Assembly: GCA_965364615.1 (NCBI GenBank)
Contig: CBDTYO010000002.1
Location: 1-37,393 of the forward strand
Source: an uncultured Bacteroidia bacterium
GTDB lineage: Bacteria; Bacteroidota; Bacteroidia; Bacteroidales; GCA-2748055
Length of the DNA stretch: 37,393 nucleotides
Direction: 5' to 3'
In this document: piece after piece, positions 9,890-18,097 of the stretch
Layout: the number at the start of each line of letters is the position of its first letter
Numbering within the stretch: position 1 is the first letter of the stretch
Notes under the pieces: model-generated
Databases searched by the model: none
What the model saw: the letters and a program-made list of their open reading frames with translations, nothing else
What the model was told of the DNA's origin: nothing
Made by a program: the position numbers and the translations under genes

Positions 9890-12304
9890 ATGCTCCGACA
9901 TTTATTTACCATTTCCATCAGGAACATCCTGAAACATTTCAATTATTCCTTGCTGAATATCATCGGACTGGCCATAGGGATTTCCAGCTTCCTGTTCATC
10001 CTGATCTATGTGAGCGATGAATTAAAATATGATCGCTTCCATGAGAACCATGCGCAGATCTACCGCATGAACCGCCTTTACAACTCCAATGATATCCATG
10101 AGGATGCTGCCACAGTTTCTTTCCCCTTTGGTCCGGCCCTGGCCGAGGATTATCCCGACATGGTGAAAAACATGGTTCGCTTTTTTGACTTCCAGATTTC
10201 AGAAATGCTTTTTGAATACCGGGGGGACAGTACGGATATCATCAAATACAACGAGGAGTGGTTTTACCTGGCCGATTCAACGGTATTTCAGATGTTCAAC
10301 TTTCCGCTTCTGGAAGGAGATCCACTCACAGTCCTGAACGAACCCAACAGGGTAGTGCTTTCGGAAAGCACCGCCCAGCGCTACTTTGGGGATGAACCCG
10401 CCGTGGGGAAAACCCTGTTCTTTGAGGAACAGGTTCCCGTGGAAGTAGCCGGCATTATGAAGGATCTGCCTCCCCAGTCTCATTTTAAAATTGACATCCT
10501 GGGTTCCATGTCTACTTTCCGGGCCATGCAGGGCGGACAAATGCCCCAGACCTGGATCTGGAATCCCTGCTGGACCTATGTGGAGCTGCACGATCATGTA
10601 AGCAGGGAGCAGCTTGAGGCTGTTCTGCCCGACTTTTACCTGAATCAGTATGCGGATTTCCAGGACCAGGACATCACCCTGTACCTGCAAGCGCTCACGG
10701 ATATACACCTCAACTCGCACCACGAATACGAAATGCACCCCAATGGCAAGCTTTCCTACATCAAGATCCTCGCCATCATTGGCATTTTTGTCCTGGTCCT
10801 GGCCTGCATCAATTTCATGAACCTGGCCACTGCCAGTTCAGCCGGTCGGGGCAGGGAGATCGGCATGAAGAAGGTGGCAGGAGCCAGAAGGTCTCAGCTC
10901 AGGACCCAGTTTTTGGGAGAATCCTTGATCATCACCTTTTTCGCCCTGCTTCTGGCAGCCATCCTGGTGGAGATACTGCTTCCCTCCTTTAACAACTTCA
11001 CTGGCAAGTCGATCGATACGGGGATCGTGATCAGGCCGCTCAGTCTTTCCGTGGGACTGGTGCTGTTATTGGTGGTGGGCCTGCTCTCCGGATCCTATCC
11101 TGCTTTTTTTCTCTCACGGCTCGACACCTCCCACCTGAAGGACAGCCTCACCGGGGGCGCCGGCAGGGGCCTGGCAAGAAAGGTCCTGGTCGTGGTGCAG
11201 TTTCTGATTTCAGTGGCACTGATCATTGGCACCATCACAGCCTTTTCCCAGCTCAACTACCTGAGAAAAGCTGACCTGGGTTTCGACCGTGACCAGGTCA
11301 TCCTCTTGCCCACCAAGTTTAACCTGGGTCTCCGATTCGATGCTTTTGCGGAGGAATTGAAGAAACATGAAGACATCATTTCGGTTACCGGGATGGAAGA
11401 CATTCTGGGAGCCAACCACAATACCCGCTCCTTTGTGATTGAAGGCATGTTCGACGATCAACCCTTTTGGTACCCGGCCTTCATGGTCAGGCATGACTTC
11501 ATCGAAACATTCAATATCCCCGTGGTAGAGGGCAGGGCCTTCTCCCGGGATTTTCCTTCAGACACCTCCGAGGCCATCATGATCAATGAAAGCATGGCCA
11601 AGCACCTGGGATGGACCAACGAAGAAGCCATTGGCAAAGCCATCCGTTCGGACGGTAACGAAAGGGTGATCGGGGTGTTCAGTGATTTTAATGCCCTTTC
11701 TCTGCATAAGCCTGCAGGCAATTTTGTCCTGGATATGGTGCAGAATCCGCGCGGAGCTGCGTTCCTGACCCGCTACATGGCCGTGAAAGCAAATACAGAT
11801 GACTATGCAGGGGTATTAAAATACATGGAGGAGGTCTGGAACGATTTTGCCCCCACCCGTCCCTTTGAATACTCCTTCCTGGATGAAGAGCTTAATGCAC
11901 TTTACACAGACGAGAGCAGTTTTTCTAAGCTTTCCATCATATTGACCTTCCTGGCCATCATCATCGCCTGCCTGGGTCTGATCGGCCTGACCAGCTTCAT
12001 GGTGGAACGCAAGACCAAAGAAATCAGTGTGCGAAGGGTGCATGGTGCCACCATCTCCCATGTGAATACCATGCTTTCCAAGGAATTTCTAGGTTTGATC
12101 ATGATTGCCAATCTGATCAGCTGGCCCATTGCCTGGTTTGGGATCAGCCGCTGGCTGGAAAATTTCAGCAGCCACATCGATGTCCAGTGGTACCTCTTCC
12201 TGGTATCCGCCCTGGTTACCATATTCATTACCGTACTGATCACCACCATACATGCTTTCAGGGCCTCCCGGATGAATCCGGCCGATACCCTGAAATACGA
12301 ATAG
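9890..12304 (+). CDS. ABC-transporter permease, MacB-like with duplicated FtsX domains
   Basis: 804 aa. The order is N-terminal TM, large extracytoplasmic domain, 4-TM FtsX bundle, second extracytoplasmic domain, second FtsX bundle (C-terminus ...AFRASRMNPADTLKYE). No ATPase gene is adjacent. Confidence 0.85.
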   Translation: MLRHLFTISIRNILKHFNYSLLNIIGLAIGISSFLFILIYVSDELKYDRFHENHAQIYRMNRLYNSNDIHEDAATVSFPFGPALAEDYPDMVKNMVRFFDFQISEMLFEYRGDSTDIIKYNEEWFYLADSTVFQMFNFPLLEGDPLTVLNEPNRVVLSESTAQRYFGDEPAVGKTLFFEEQVPVEVAGIMKDLPPQSHFKIDILGSMSTFRAMQGGQMPQTWIWNPCWTYVELHDHVSREQLEAVLPDFYLNQYADFQDQDITLYLQALTDIHLNSHHEYEMHPNGKLSYIKILAIIGIFVLVLACINFMNLATASSAGRGREIGMKKVAGARRSQLRTQFLGESLIITFFALLLAAILVEILLPSFNNFTGKSIDTGIVIRPLSLSVGLVLLLVVGLLSGSYPAFFLSRLDTSHLKDSLTGGAGRGLARKVLVVVQFLISVALIIGTITAFSQLNYLRKADLGFDRDQVILLPTKFNLGLRFDAFAEELKKHEDIISVTGMEDILGANHNTRSFVIEGMFDDQPFWYPAFMVRHDFIETFNIPVVEGRAFSRDFPSDTSEAIMINESMAKHLGWTNEEAIGKAIRSDGNERVIGVFSDFNALSLHKPAGNFVLDMVQNPRGAAFLTRYMAVKANTDDYAGVLKYMEEVWNDFAPTRPFEYSFLDEELNALYTDESSFSKLSIILTFLAIIIACLGLIGLTSFMVERKTKEISVRRVHGATISHVNTMLSKEFLGLIMIANLISWPIAWFGISRWLENFSSHIDVQWYLFLVSALVTIFITVLITTIHAFRASRMNPADTLKYE

Positions 12305-12365
12305 GATTTGATTTCGCGCGCAAAGAGTCATAACTTGTATGATCAGTTTTCCAAACCAACTGATC

Positions 12366-13721
12366 ATGAAGAAACCTGCCTGTTTTTTGCTTCCATTTTA
12401 TATGATCCTCCTGGGAATCTTCACCGGTTGCAGCCCGGCTGACGGTCCCAGGATCGATATTCTCCATATTGATGGCGCCTCCTGGGCCTCCAACGTAAGC
12501 ACCTCCTACGGCTGGTTTGGTTCCAGCCCTGAATTTGAAGAGGAAAAGAAGCTCACTTTGGCTGCTTCGGACGGGGACCTTCTTTATATGATGCTGGATG
12601 ACCTGGACTTTTACTACAGGTACAATTCAAAAGATGGTACAAATCTGGAACTTACCTTCGATACCCTGGGGGCTCTTTCGGTATACCTCAACGGGGAATT
12701 AAACTATATGGAGCTATCGGAACCCTCTTCCCTGGAGGCATTTTCCCTTCTCACAGAACCGGAAATGGCCCGGCTATCCACCCTCAATGTAAACGGTTCC
12801 CTGGCAGAAGAGGTCCTACCCATTCTGCAGGAGCATGAATCCCACCTTCAGGGCCTGGGATTGGTGTTGGAAAACGGATCCCCTTTCCCTGACCTGAATG
12901 AACTGCTTGTTCTCTGTCGCCCGGAGTTCCTGGTTCTTCATAATTCCAGCCTATTTCCCGAACCAGGTGGCGAAACAAATCTTGAGGGTCTGGAACTTCT
13001 TTGGATTGAAGACCGAATCCCTTCCCTGTCGAAGACAGTGGCTTGCTGCGGGGATCTGGAATCACTGATTATCTCCGGGTGGGAACCTCTGCCGGGAGAA
13101 ATACTGCCGCTTTCTACTTTAAGAATGTTGCGCAACCTCACACTGGCTGAATCGGAGCTAAGCTCCTTAGAGAACATTGAGTTTCCTGAAACCCTGCAAA
13201 GCCTGAACCTGATCTCCTGCGATACCCTCTACCACATAGATCAAATTAAAGATCTCCCGAAGCTATGCCGCCTGGGTCTTACCGCCTGTGACAAAATCAC
13301 CCGTGTGACGTTGCCCGAGAATCCTGAATCGCTTCGATGGATTTCCCTTCCAGAAAGCATCACACACCAGGAATTCGAGAGGCTGTGCCTTGGCCTGCCA
13401 AGTGTTGAAGTGCTCGAAGCCATCGATTGTTCGGGAATCGAAGACCTCCTCCCCCTTCAGGAGCTGGAAGATCTGAGGATTCTTGCCCTTCAACTGGATC
13501 AGGAACAGCTCACGGGACTGGATTCTCTGACCCAACTTGAATTGCTTATACTAACAGATGAGTTGTTTATGGATAATTCGATTTGGATCAATGAGTTGCG
13601 GGCTTCACTTCCCTCCACCCAAGTGGTGCCCGGCAGCGGACTGTGCCTGGGGTCAGGGTGGCTACTGCTCCTGCTTCCCCTGATCTTTCTCTTCCGCATG
13701 GCCACACGACGAAAAGCCTAA
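12366..13721 (+). CDS. Leucine-rich-repeat lipoprotein with a C-terminal Cys-containing transmembrane anchor signal
   Basis: It has a lipobox (MKKPACFLLPFYMILLGIFTGC) and LRR-like repeats (LxxLxLxxC/L..., for example LQSLNLISCDTL, LCRLGLTACDKI, LRILALQLDQEQLTGL). The C-terminus reads VVPGSGLCLGSGWLLLLLPLIFLFRMATRRKA. An alternative ATG lies at 12339. Confidence 0.7.
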   Translation: MKKPACFLLPFYMILLGIFTGCSPADGPRIDILHIDGASWASNVSTSYGWFGSSPEFEEEKKLTLAASDGDLLYMMLDDLDFYYRYNSKDGTNLELTFDTLGALSVYLNGELNYMELSEPSSLEAFSLLTEPEMARLSTLNVNGSLAEEVLPILQEHESHLQGLGLVLENGSPFPDLNELLVLCRPEFLVLHNSSLFPEPGGETNLEGLELLWIEDRIPSLSKTVACCGDLESLIISGWEPLPGEILPLSTLRMLRNLTLAESELSSLENIEFPETLQSLNLISCDTLYHIDQIKDLPKLCRLGLTACDKITRVTLPENPESLRWISLPESITHQEFERLCLGLPSVEVLEAIDCSGIEDLLPLQELEDLRILALQLDQEQLTGLDSLTQLELLILTDELFMDNSIWINELRASLPSTQVVPGSGLCLGSGWLLLLLPLIFLFRMATRRKA

Positions 13722-13725
13722 ACGG

Positions 13726-14394
13726 GTGTCAAAAGGATCTGGTTCACTCACCGCAAGAATAAGGAAGAATCCCCACAGAATCAGGATCGTTTCCCTGACC
13801 GTTCTGGGCATTCTGATTTTTGCGGCATTCATACACCAGGCCTTTCCTCGTTTATTACTGGCCATCGCAGGAATCACGATGACGGGAGCCGCCATCGCCT
13901 ACTCCATCAGGGGACAGGCAATCGCTGAGGCTTTTGCCCTGGACCGTTTCACCCGGAAAGTGTTGCTATTTTGCCTCCTTGCCATCCCCATCGGGACTCT
14001 TCTGGGCATGCTCACCAGGAACACCTTTGATATTTCTCTGTTCCCTGTCCGGATCACCCTGGTGGCCCTGGTGGCCCCATTGGTTGGAGCCTTTGAAGAG
14101 CTGATTTTCAGAGGCTATATCCAGGGCCACCTTCGTCCCATTGGCCGATATTTTTCCGTGGTATATGCCTCCGCGGTCCACACCTCCTATAAACTGCTTG
14201 TCATCCTGACCCTTTCGGTTTCCCTTCAGTTTGATTTTTTCTTCCTGGTAATCTGGACCTTTGTGGGGGGACTCCTTTTCGGCACCTTGCGTGAGTTTTC
14301 ACAAAGCACCCTCCCTGCCATGACGGCCCATGCTGTTTTCGATGTGGTGGTCTACGGAGGCCTTGCCACCATGCCCGTCTGGGTATGGACTTAG
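13726..14394 (+). CDS. CPBP-family intramembrane glutamic endopeptidase (CAAX protease-like)
   Basis: It is multi-TM. The motifs are FEELIFRGYIQG (EExxxR), SAVHTSYK and MTAHAVFD (HxxxD/N). A GTG start lies 4 nt after the LRR gene's stop codon. Confidence 0.8.
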   Translation: MSKGSGSLTARIRKNPHRIRIVSLTVLGILIFAAFIHQAFPRLLLAIAGITMTGAAIAYSIRGQAIAEAFALDRFTRKVLLFCLLAIPIGTLLGMLTRNTFDISLFPVRITLVALVAPLVGAFEELIFRGYIQGHLRPIGRYFSVVYASAVHTSYKLLVILTLSVSLQFDFFFLVIWTFVGGLLFGTLREFSQSTLPAMTAHAVFDVVVYGGLATMPVWVWT

Positions 14395-14410
14395 TTTGTA
14401 TATTTATATC

Positions 14411-15436
14411 ATGAAAAACAGCATTCTTCCAGGCATCATCCTTTCAGCCTTCCTGCTGGCAGGATGTCAGCAGAAAACCGATAGCCACATCATGACCGTA
14501 CAGGGGCTCATTCCTGCCTCGGAGATGGGCATCACCCTGAGTCATGAACATGTGCTGGTGGACTTCATCGGGGCTGACAGCTCTGGCTACCACAGGTGGG
14601 ACAGGCAGGAAGTGATGGCCAAGGTCCTGCCCTTCCTGACCGAAATCCAGAAGCACAAGGTCTCCACCCTGGTGGAGTGCACTCCGGCCTATCTGGGCAG
14701 GGATCCATGGCTCCTGAGGGCGCTATCAGAAGAAACCGGCATGCACCTGGTCACCAATACAGGGTATTACGGTGCACATCAGAACCTATTCGTCCCCGCT
14801 CATTTTCATCAAATGGATGCCGAGGAAATTTCCCGAATCTGGGTGGAGGAGTTTGAAGAGGGGATCGAAGGAAGTGGCGTGAGGCCCGGATTTATTAAAA
14901 TCGCGGTGGACAGAGATTCCAGCCTCTCGGAAGCACATCAAAAAATCATCACTGCAGCGGCCATGACCCACCAGCGAACCGGCCTGGTCATTGCCTCCCA
15001 TACGGGTCCGGATGCTCCGGCATTTGCACAGATCTCAGTACTTCAATCCCGGGGTGTCGATCCTTCAGCCTTTATCTGGGTTCATGCCCAGGGGGGAAGC
15101 CTGGAAGGCAATATCAAAGCGGCCCGACTGGGAACCTGGATCTCCCTGGACAATGTCAATGTCAATCGGGAGCCGGGATCTGATCAGGATGTGGAGTGGT
15201 ACGCAAACAGATTAACCGCCCTGAAAGACGCCAACCTGCTTGATCGGGTATTGATCTCTCACGATGCAGGATGGTACAAACCGGAAGAAAAGGATGGGGG
15301 ATCATTCAGGGGATTTACCGGGATCTTCACAGATCTGGTCCCTGCACTGATCTCACATGGTTTTACAACCGGGGAGATCGACCTCTTGCTGGTGAAAAAT
15401 CCGGCCAGGGCTTTTAGTCTGAGGTCACCTTCCTGA
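14411..15436 (+). CDS. Phosphotriesterase-family hydrolase (PTE/PHP-like, possible lactonase), lipoprotein
   Basis: It has a lipobox (MKNSILPGIILSAFLLAGC), GITLSHEHVLVDF (the H-x-H metal site) and LISHDAGWY. The ATG at 14411 is preferred over the upstream start at 14330, which overlaps the CPBP gene. Confidence 0.85.
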   Translation: MKNSILPGIILSAFLLAGCQQKTDSHIMTVQGLIPASEMGITLSHEHVLVDFIGADSSGYHRWDRQEVMAKVLPFLTEIQKHKVSTLVECTPAYLGRDPWLLRALSEETGMHLVTNTGYYGAHQNLFVPAHFHQMDAEEISRIWVEEFEEGIEGSGVRPGFIKIAVDRDSSLSEAHQKIITAAAMTHQRTGLVIASHTGPDAPAFAQISVLQSRGVDPSAFIWVHAQGGSLEGNIKAARLGTWISLDNVNVNREPGSDQDVEWYANRLTALKDANLLDRVLISHDAGWYKPEEKDGGSFRGFTGIFTDLVPALISHGFTTGEIDLLLVKNPARAFSLRSPS

Positions 15437-15449
15437 GCAAATATCCCCC

Positions 15450-16109
15450 TTATACGTGGGATACACAATAGATCACACTCTCAATCTCATCGCTCAGGTT
15501 GACATTATTTACAACGATATACTCCGGGACTTTTAGGATCACCGGGGCAAAGTTGATGATCCCTTCCACCCCATATTCCAACAGCTTGTCACAAACCGAC
15601 TGGGCTGCCAGATCCGGAACTGCCAGAATCGCAGTCCGGACCGAAAACCTGTCGATGACTTCCTTCAGGCGCTCCATGGTGTACACCGGGATATCAGACC
15701 GTATGCGTTGTTTGGAAGGATCAATATCGAAGGTGGCCACTATATTGATCATGCGTTGGCTGAAATTGCTGTAATTGGCCAGTGAGGATCCGATGTTTCC
15801 CCGGCCCATCACAATGATATTCTGGCTGCCATTCCTGTAAAAAATTCCTTCCATTTCAGTGATCAGCTGATCCACGAGATATCCGCCCCGCTGGTTCCCC
15901 TTGATCCGGTATTCCGAAAAATCCTTTCTCACCTGCTCGGCCGAGATTCCGGTTTCCTTTCCCAGGGTATAGGAATATACCCTTTTTACCCCCAGGGCCT
16001 GCAGTCTAAGCAGGCTGCCGCGATACAGAAGGATCCTTCTCAGGCTCTTCCTCAATGGGCATTTTGTATTTTTTTTCACATTATTCTTTTTCTTAGGCGC
16101 ATATTTCAC
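15450..16109 (-). CDS. rex: Redox-sensing transcriptional repressor Rex
   Basis: It has an N-terminal winged-helix region (RRILLYRGSLLRLQALGVKRVYSYTLGKETGISAEQVRKDFS) and a Rossmann motif (IIVMGRGNIGSSLANY). The start is GTG, so the exact start is uncertain. It is divergent from the hydrogenase operon. Confidence 0.85.
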   Translation of the reverse strand: MKYAPKKKNNVKKNTKCPLRKSLRRILLYRGSLLRLQALGVKRVYSYTLGKETGISAEQVRKDFSEYRIKGNQRGGYLVDQLITEMEGIFYRNGSQNIIVMGRGNIGSSLANYSNFSQRMINIVATFDIDPSKQRIRSDIPVYTMERLKEVIDRFSVRTAILAVPDLAAQSVCDKLLEYGVEGIINFAPVILKVPEYIVVNNVNLSDEIESVIYCVSHV

Positions 16110-16179
16110 ACAATATCAGAAAAAATTATTAAAAATCAAATTTACCTATAGTATTGTACTATAATGATTTAGCGTCTAG

Positions 16180-16195
16180 TGTTACATGTTTCACA
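16180..16195. promoter_or_regulatory. Candidate Rex operator in the rex/hydrogenase divergent intergenic region
   Basis: The sequence is TGTTAC-ATGT-TTCACA. Against the commonly cited Rex consensus TGTGAA-N4-TTCACA, the right half matches 6/6 and the left half 4/6. It lies 75 nt upstream of the first operon gene. Confidence 0.3.
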
Positions 16196-16269
16196 GCATA
16201 TGTCCAGGGATTCCGGGTTGACTGATATTCGGACTGAATATATTTTTATGGTTATATTTTTCACATATA

Positions 16270-17265
16270 ATGAAGAGGATCACAATCCCCAAGCGCGAAT
16301 GGGATGAGAGGATCCAAGAGCTCCTTTCGTCTTGGAATTTTTATGCCCCGGTGGAAAATGAGTTCAGTTGTGACTATGCCCTGTTGAGTTCCGAAACAGT
16401 TTCTGGGATCGTATACAACAAACCCAAACCGGTTACCCCCTTAAAAAAATTCTTTCTCCCAATCAAGGAAAACGTGACCACCCTCCACCAAAACAGCCGC
16501 CCGGTGGTGATCCTTGGGGCTCCGAATTGCGATGTGATGGCCCTGGCCTTGCTGGACCAGATCTATCTGGACCAGGATTATTACGACCCTGCATATGGTG
16601 AGCGAAGAGAGAGGACGACCATCATCACTTCCGACTGTTTCAGCATTCAGGAGCATTGTCACTGCACCAGCTATGGCATTGATCCCAAAGGCAATGAACA
16701 CTCAGATCTATCTGTAGCCCTGATAGAAGATCAGGTGATTCTCACCACATTCAATGAGAAGGGAGAATCATTCATTGAAAAGCTGGGCATGACGGTCACT
16801 GTTGATCCCGGGAAGCAGCTCATGGAGCTTCTGAAAAACAAGCATCAGGAAGTGGTGAAGTTACTGGCCAGGCAGAATGAGGGACTCCCGGATACCGAGG
16901 AAACCGGCAAGCTCATCAGAGCCAATGGGGAAGAGGTCTGGAAGAAGTACGCCAGGGATTGTGTATCCTGTGGAGCCTGCAGCGCCATTTGTCCTTCCTG
17001 TTCCTGCTTCTTGCTGATCGATAAGCCGGGATTTCAAAAAATCAGGCAGCTCGACACCTGCCAGTATCCTGGTTTTGAGCGCGTAGCAGGAGGTGAGGAT
17101 GCCCTGGGGCCGCTTTCTGAGCGGTTCAGGAACCGCTACCTGTGCAAATATGTCTGGAAGCCCGGAAACTACCATTTGAACGCTTGTACCGGTTGTGGCC
17201 GTTGTATCGAGACCTGCATTGGACAGATCAATAAGAATGAACTCATCATGGAGTTGTCAAACTGA
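16270..17265 (+). CDS. Fe-S subunit, sulfhydrogenase beta (HydB) / AsrA-like
   Basis: 331 aa. Motifs are LGAPNCDVMALALLD, a CHC motif, CVSCGACSAICPSCSCF, LDTCQYPGFERVAGG and CTGCGRCIETC. This layout is shared by AsrA and the group-3b hydrogenase beta subunit. Confidence 0.75.
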   Translation: MKRITIPKREWDERIQELLSSWNFYAPVENEFSCDYALLSSETVSGIVYNKPKPVTPLKKFFLPIKENVTTLHQNSRPVVILGAPNCDVMALALLDQIYLDQDYYDPAYGERRERTTIITSDCFSIQEHCHCTSYGIDPKGNEHSDLSVALIEDQVILTTFNEKGESFIEKLGMTVTVDPGKQLMELLKNKHQEVVKLLARQNEGLPDTEETGKLIRANGEEVWKKYARDCVSCGACSAICPSCSCFLLIDKPGFQKIRQLDTCQYPGFERVAGGEDALGPLSERFRNRYLCKYVWKPGNYHLNACTGCGRCIETCIGQINKNELIMELSN

Positions 17266-17271
17266 GCCGAC

Positions 17272-18096
17272 ATGGGAATAAACGGAAATTTTTACAAACC
17301 CCTGAAATGTGAGCTGACCAAGGTGATCGATGAATCGCCGCTGATCAAAACATTTGTCCTGGTGCCGGAAAAAGAATTCTCTTTTGCCACCGGACAATTC
17401 ATCGAGGTCACCATCGACGGCCTGGGAGAAGCGCCATTTACGCCCTCGTCCTCCCCGCTGCAGAAAGATAAGCTTGAGGTCACCGTCATGAAAACCGGCT
17501 ATGTCACCGATCATATGCACACCATGAAGCCGGGAGATGTGATGGGAATCAGGGGGCCATTCGGACGTGGATATCCTGTAGAAAGATTCCATGACAAGGA
17601 GGTGCTGATCCTGGGAGGAGGTTGTGGATTTGCCCCCATCCGTTCCCTGCTGTTTAACCTGATCGCGATCTCCGATAAACTGAGAAAGGTGACCCTCTGT
17701 TACGGTTCCAAAACCCCCGAAGATTGTATCTATAAACCCTATATCCAGGAATTGCGGGGTACTCCCAAGTTTGAGGTGCTCCGGAGCGTGGACCAGGCAG
17801 ATTCCAATTGGACCGAGCGGGTAGGGGTGGTCACCGTTTTGCTTGACGATGTAAACATGGACATCCCTAACTCGGTAGCCGTGGTATGCGGTCCCCCCAT
17901 CATGATGAAATTCGGAACCATGAAGTTGCTGGAAATGGGATACCCGGAAGAAGATATTTACCTGTCCATGGAGAAAAATATGTCCTGTGGCCTTGGAAAA
18001 TGCGGGCACTGCATGATGGGTCAGTACCTGGTTTGCAAAGACGGACCGGTCTTTACCTACACCGAAATCAAAGATCAACCCCATATCTGGAACTGA
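17272..18096 (+). CDS. FAD/NAD(P)-binding oxidoreductase with C-terminal [2Fe-2S], sulfhydrogenase gamma (HydG) / AsrB / PyrK-like
   Basis: 274 aa with a ferredoxin-reductase-type fold. Motifs are GQFIEVTIDGLGEAPFTPSS, VLILGGGCGFAPIRS (the nucleotide-binding GGGxGxAP) and CGLGKCGHCMMG...VCKDGPVF. Confidence 0.8.
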   Translation: MGINGNFYKPLKCELTKVIDESPLIKTFVLVPEKEFSFATGQFIEVTIDGLGEAPFTPSSSPLQKDKLEVTVMKTGYVTDHMHTMKPGDVMGIRGPFGRGYPVERFHDKEVLILGGGCGFAPIRSLLFNLIAISDKLRKVTLCYGSKTPEDCIYKPYIQELRGTPKFEVLRSVDQADSNWTERVGVVTVLLDDVNMDIPNSVAVVCGPPIMMKFGTMKLLEMGYPEEDIYLSMEKNMSCGLGKCGHCMMGQYLVCKDGPVFTYTEIKDQPHIWN

Positions 18097-18097
18097 C

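Noticed and set aside
14330-14410. Upstream starts from the ORF track (14330 for the PTE gene; likewise TTG 2031 for mtaB, 18546 for the NuoH-like gene and TTG 26283 for mrpE)
   Set aside because: These extensions overlap the preceding gene or use rare start codons. They would also place residues ahead of clear signal peptides or conserved N-termini. The downstream ATGs fit the protein families better.
16095-16265. Two further TTCACA half-sites (about 16105-16110 and 16260-16265) as additional Rex boxes
   Set aside because: The partner half-sites at the expected 4-nt spacing match the consensus poorly (2/6 or fewer). Only the 16180-16195 site is kept as a candidate.
16270-18096. Interpretation as anaerobic sulfite reductase AsrAB
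   Set aside because: There is no AsrC (siroheme catalytic subunit) gene. The two genes are translationally packed with hydrogenase subunits instead, so the HydB/HydG (sulfhydrogenase-type) reading fits better. A sulfur-compound-reducing side activity cannot be excluded.
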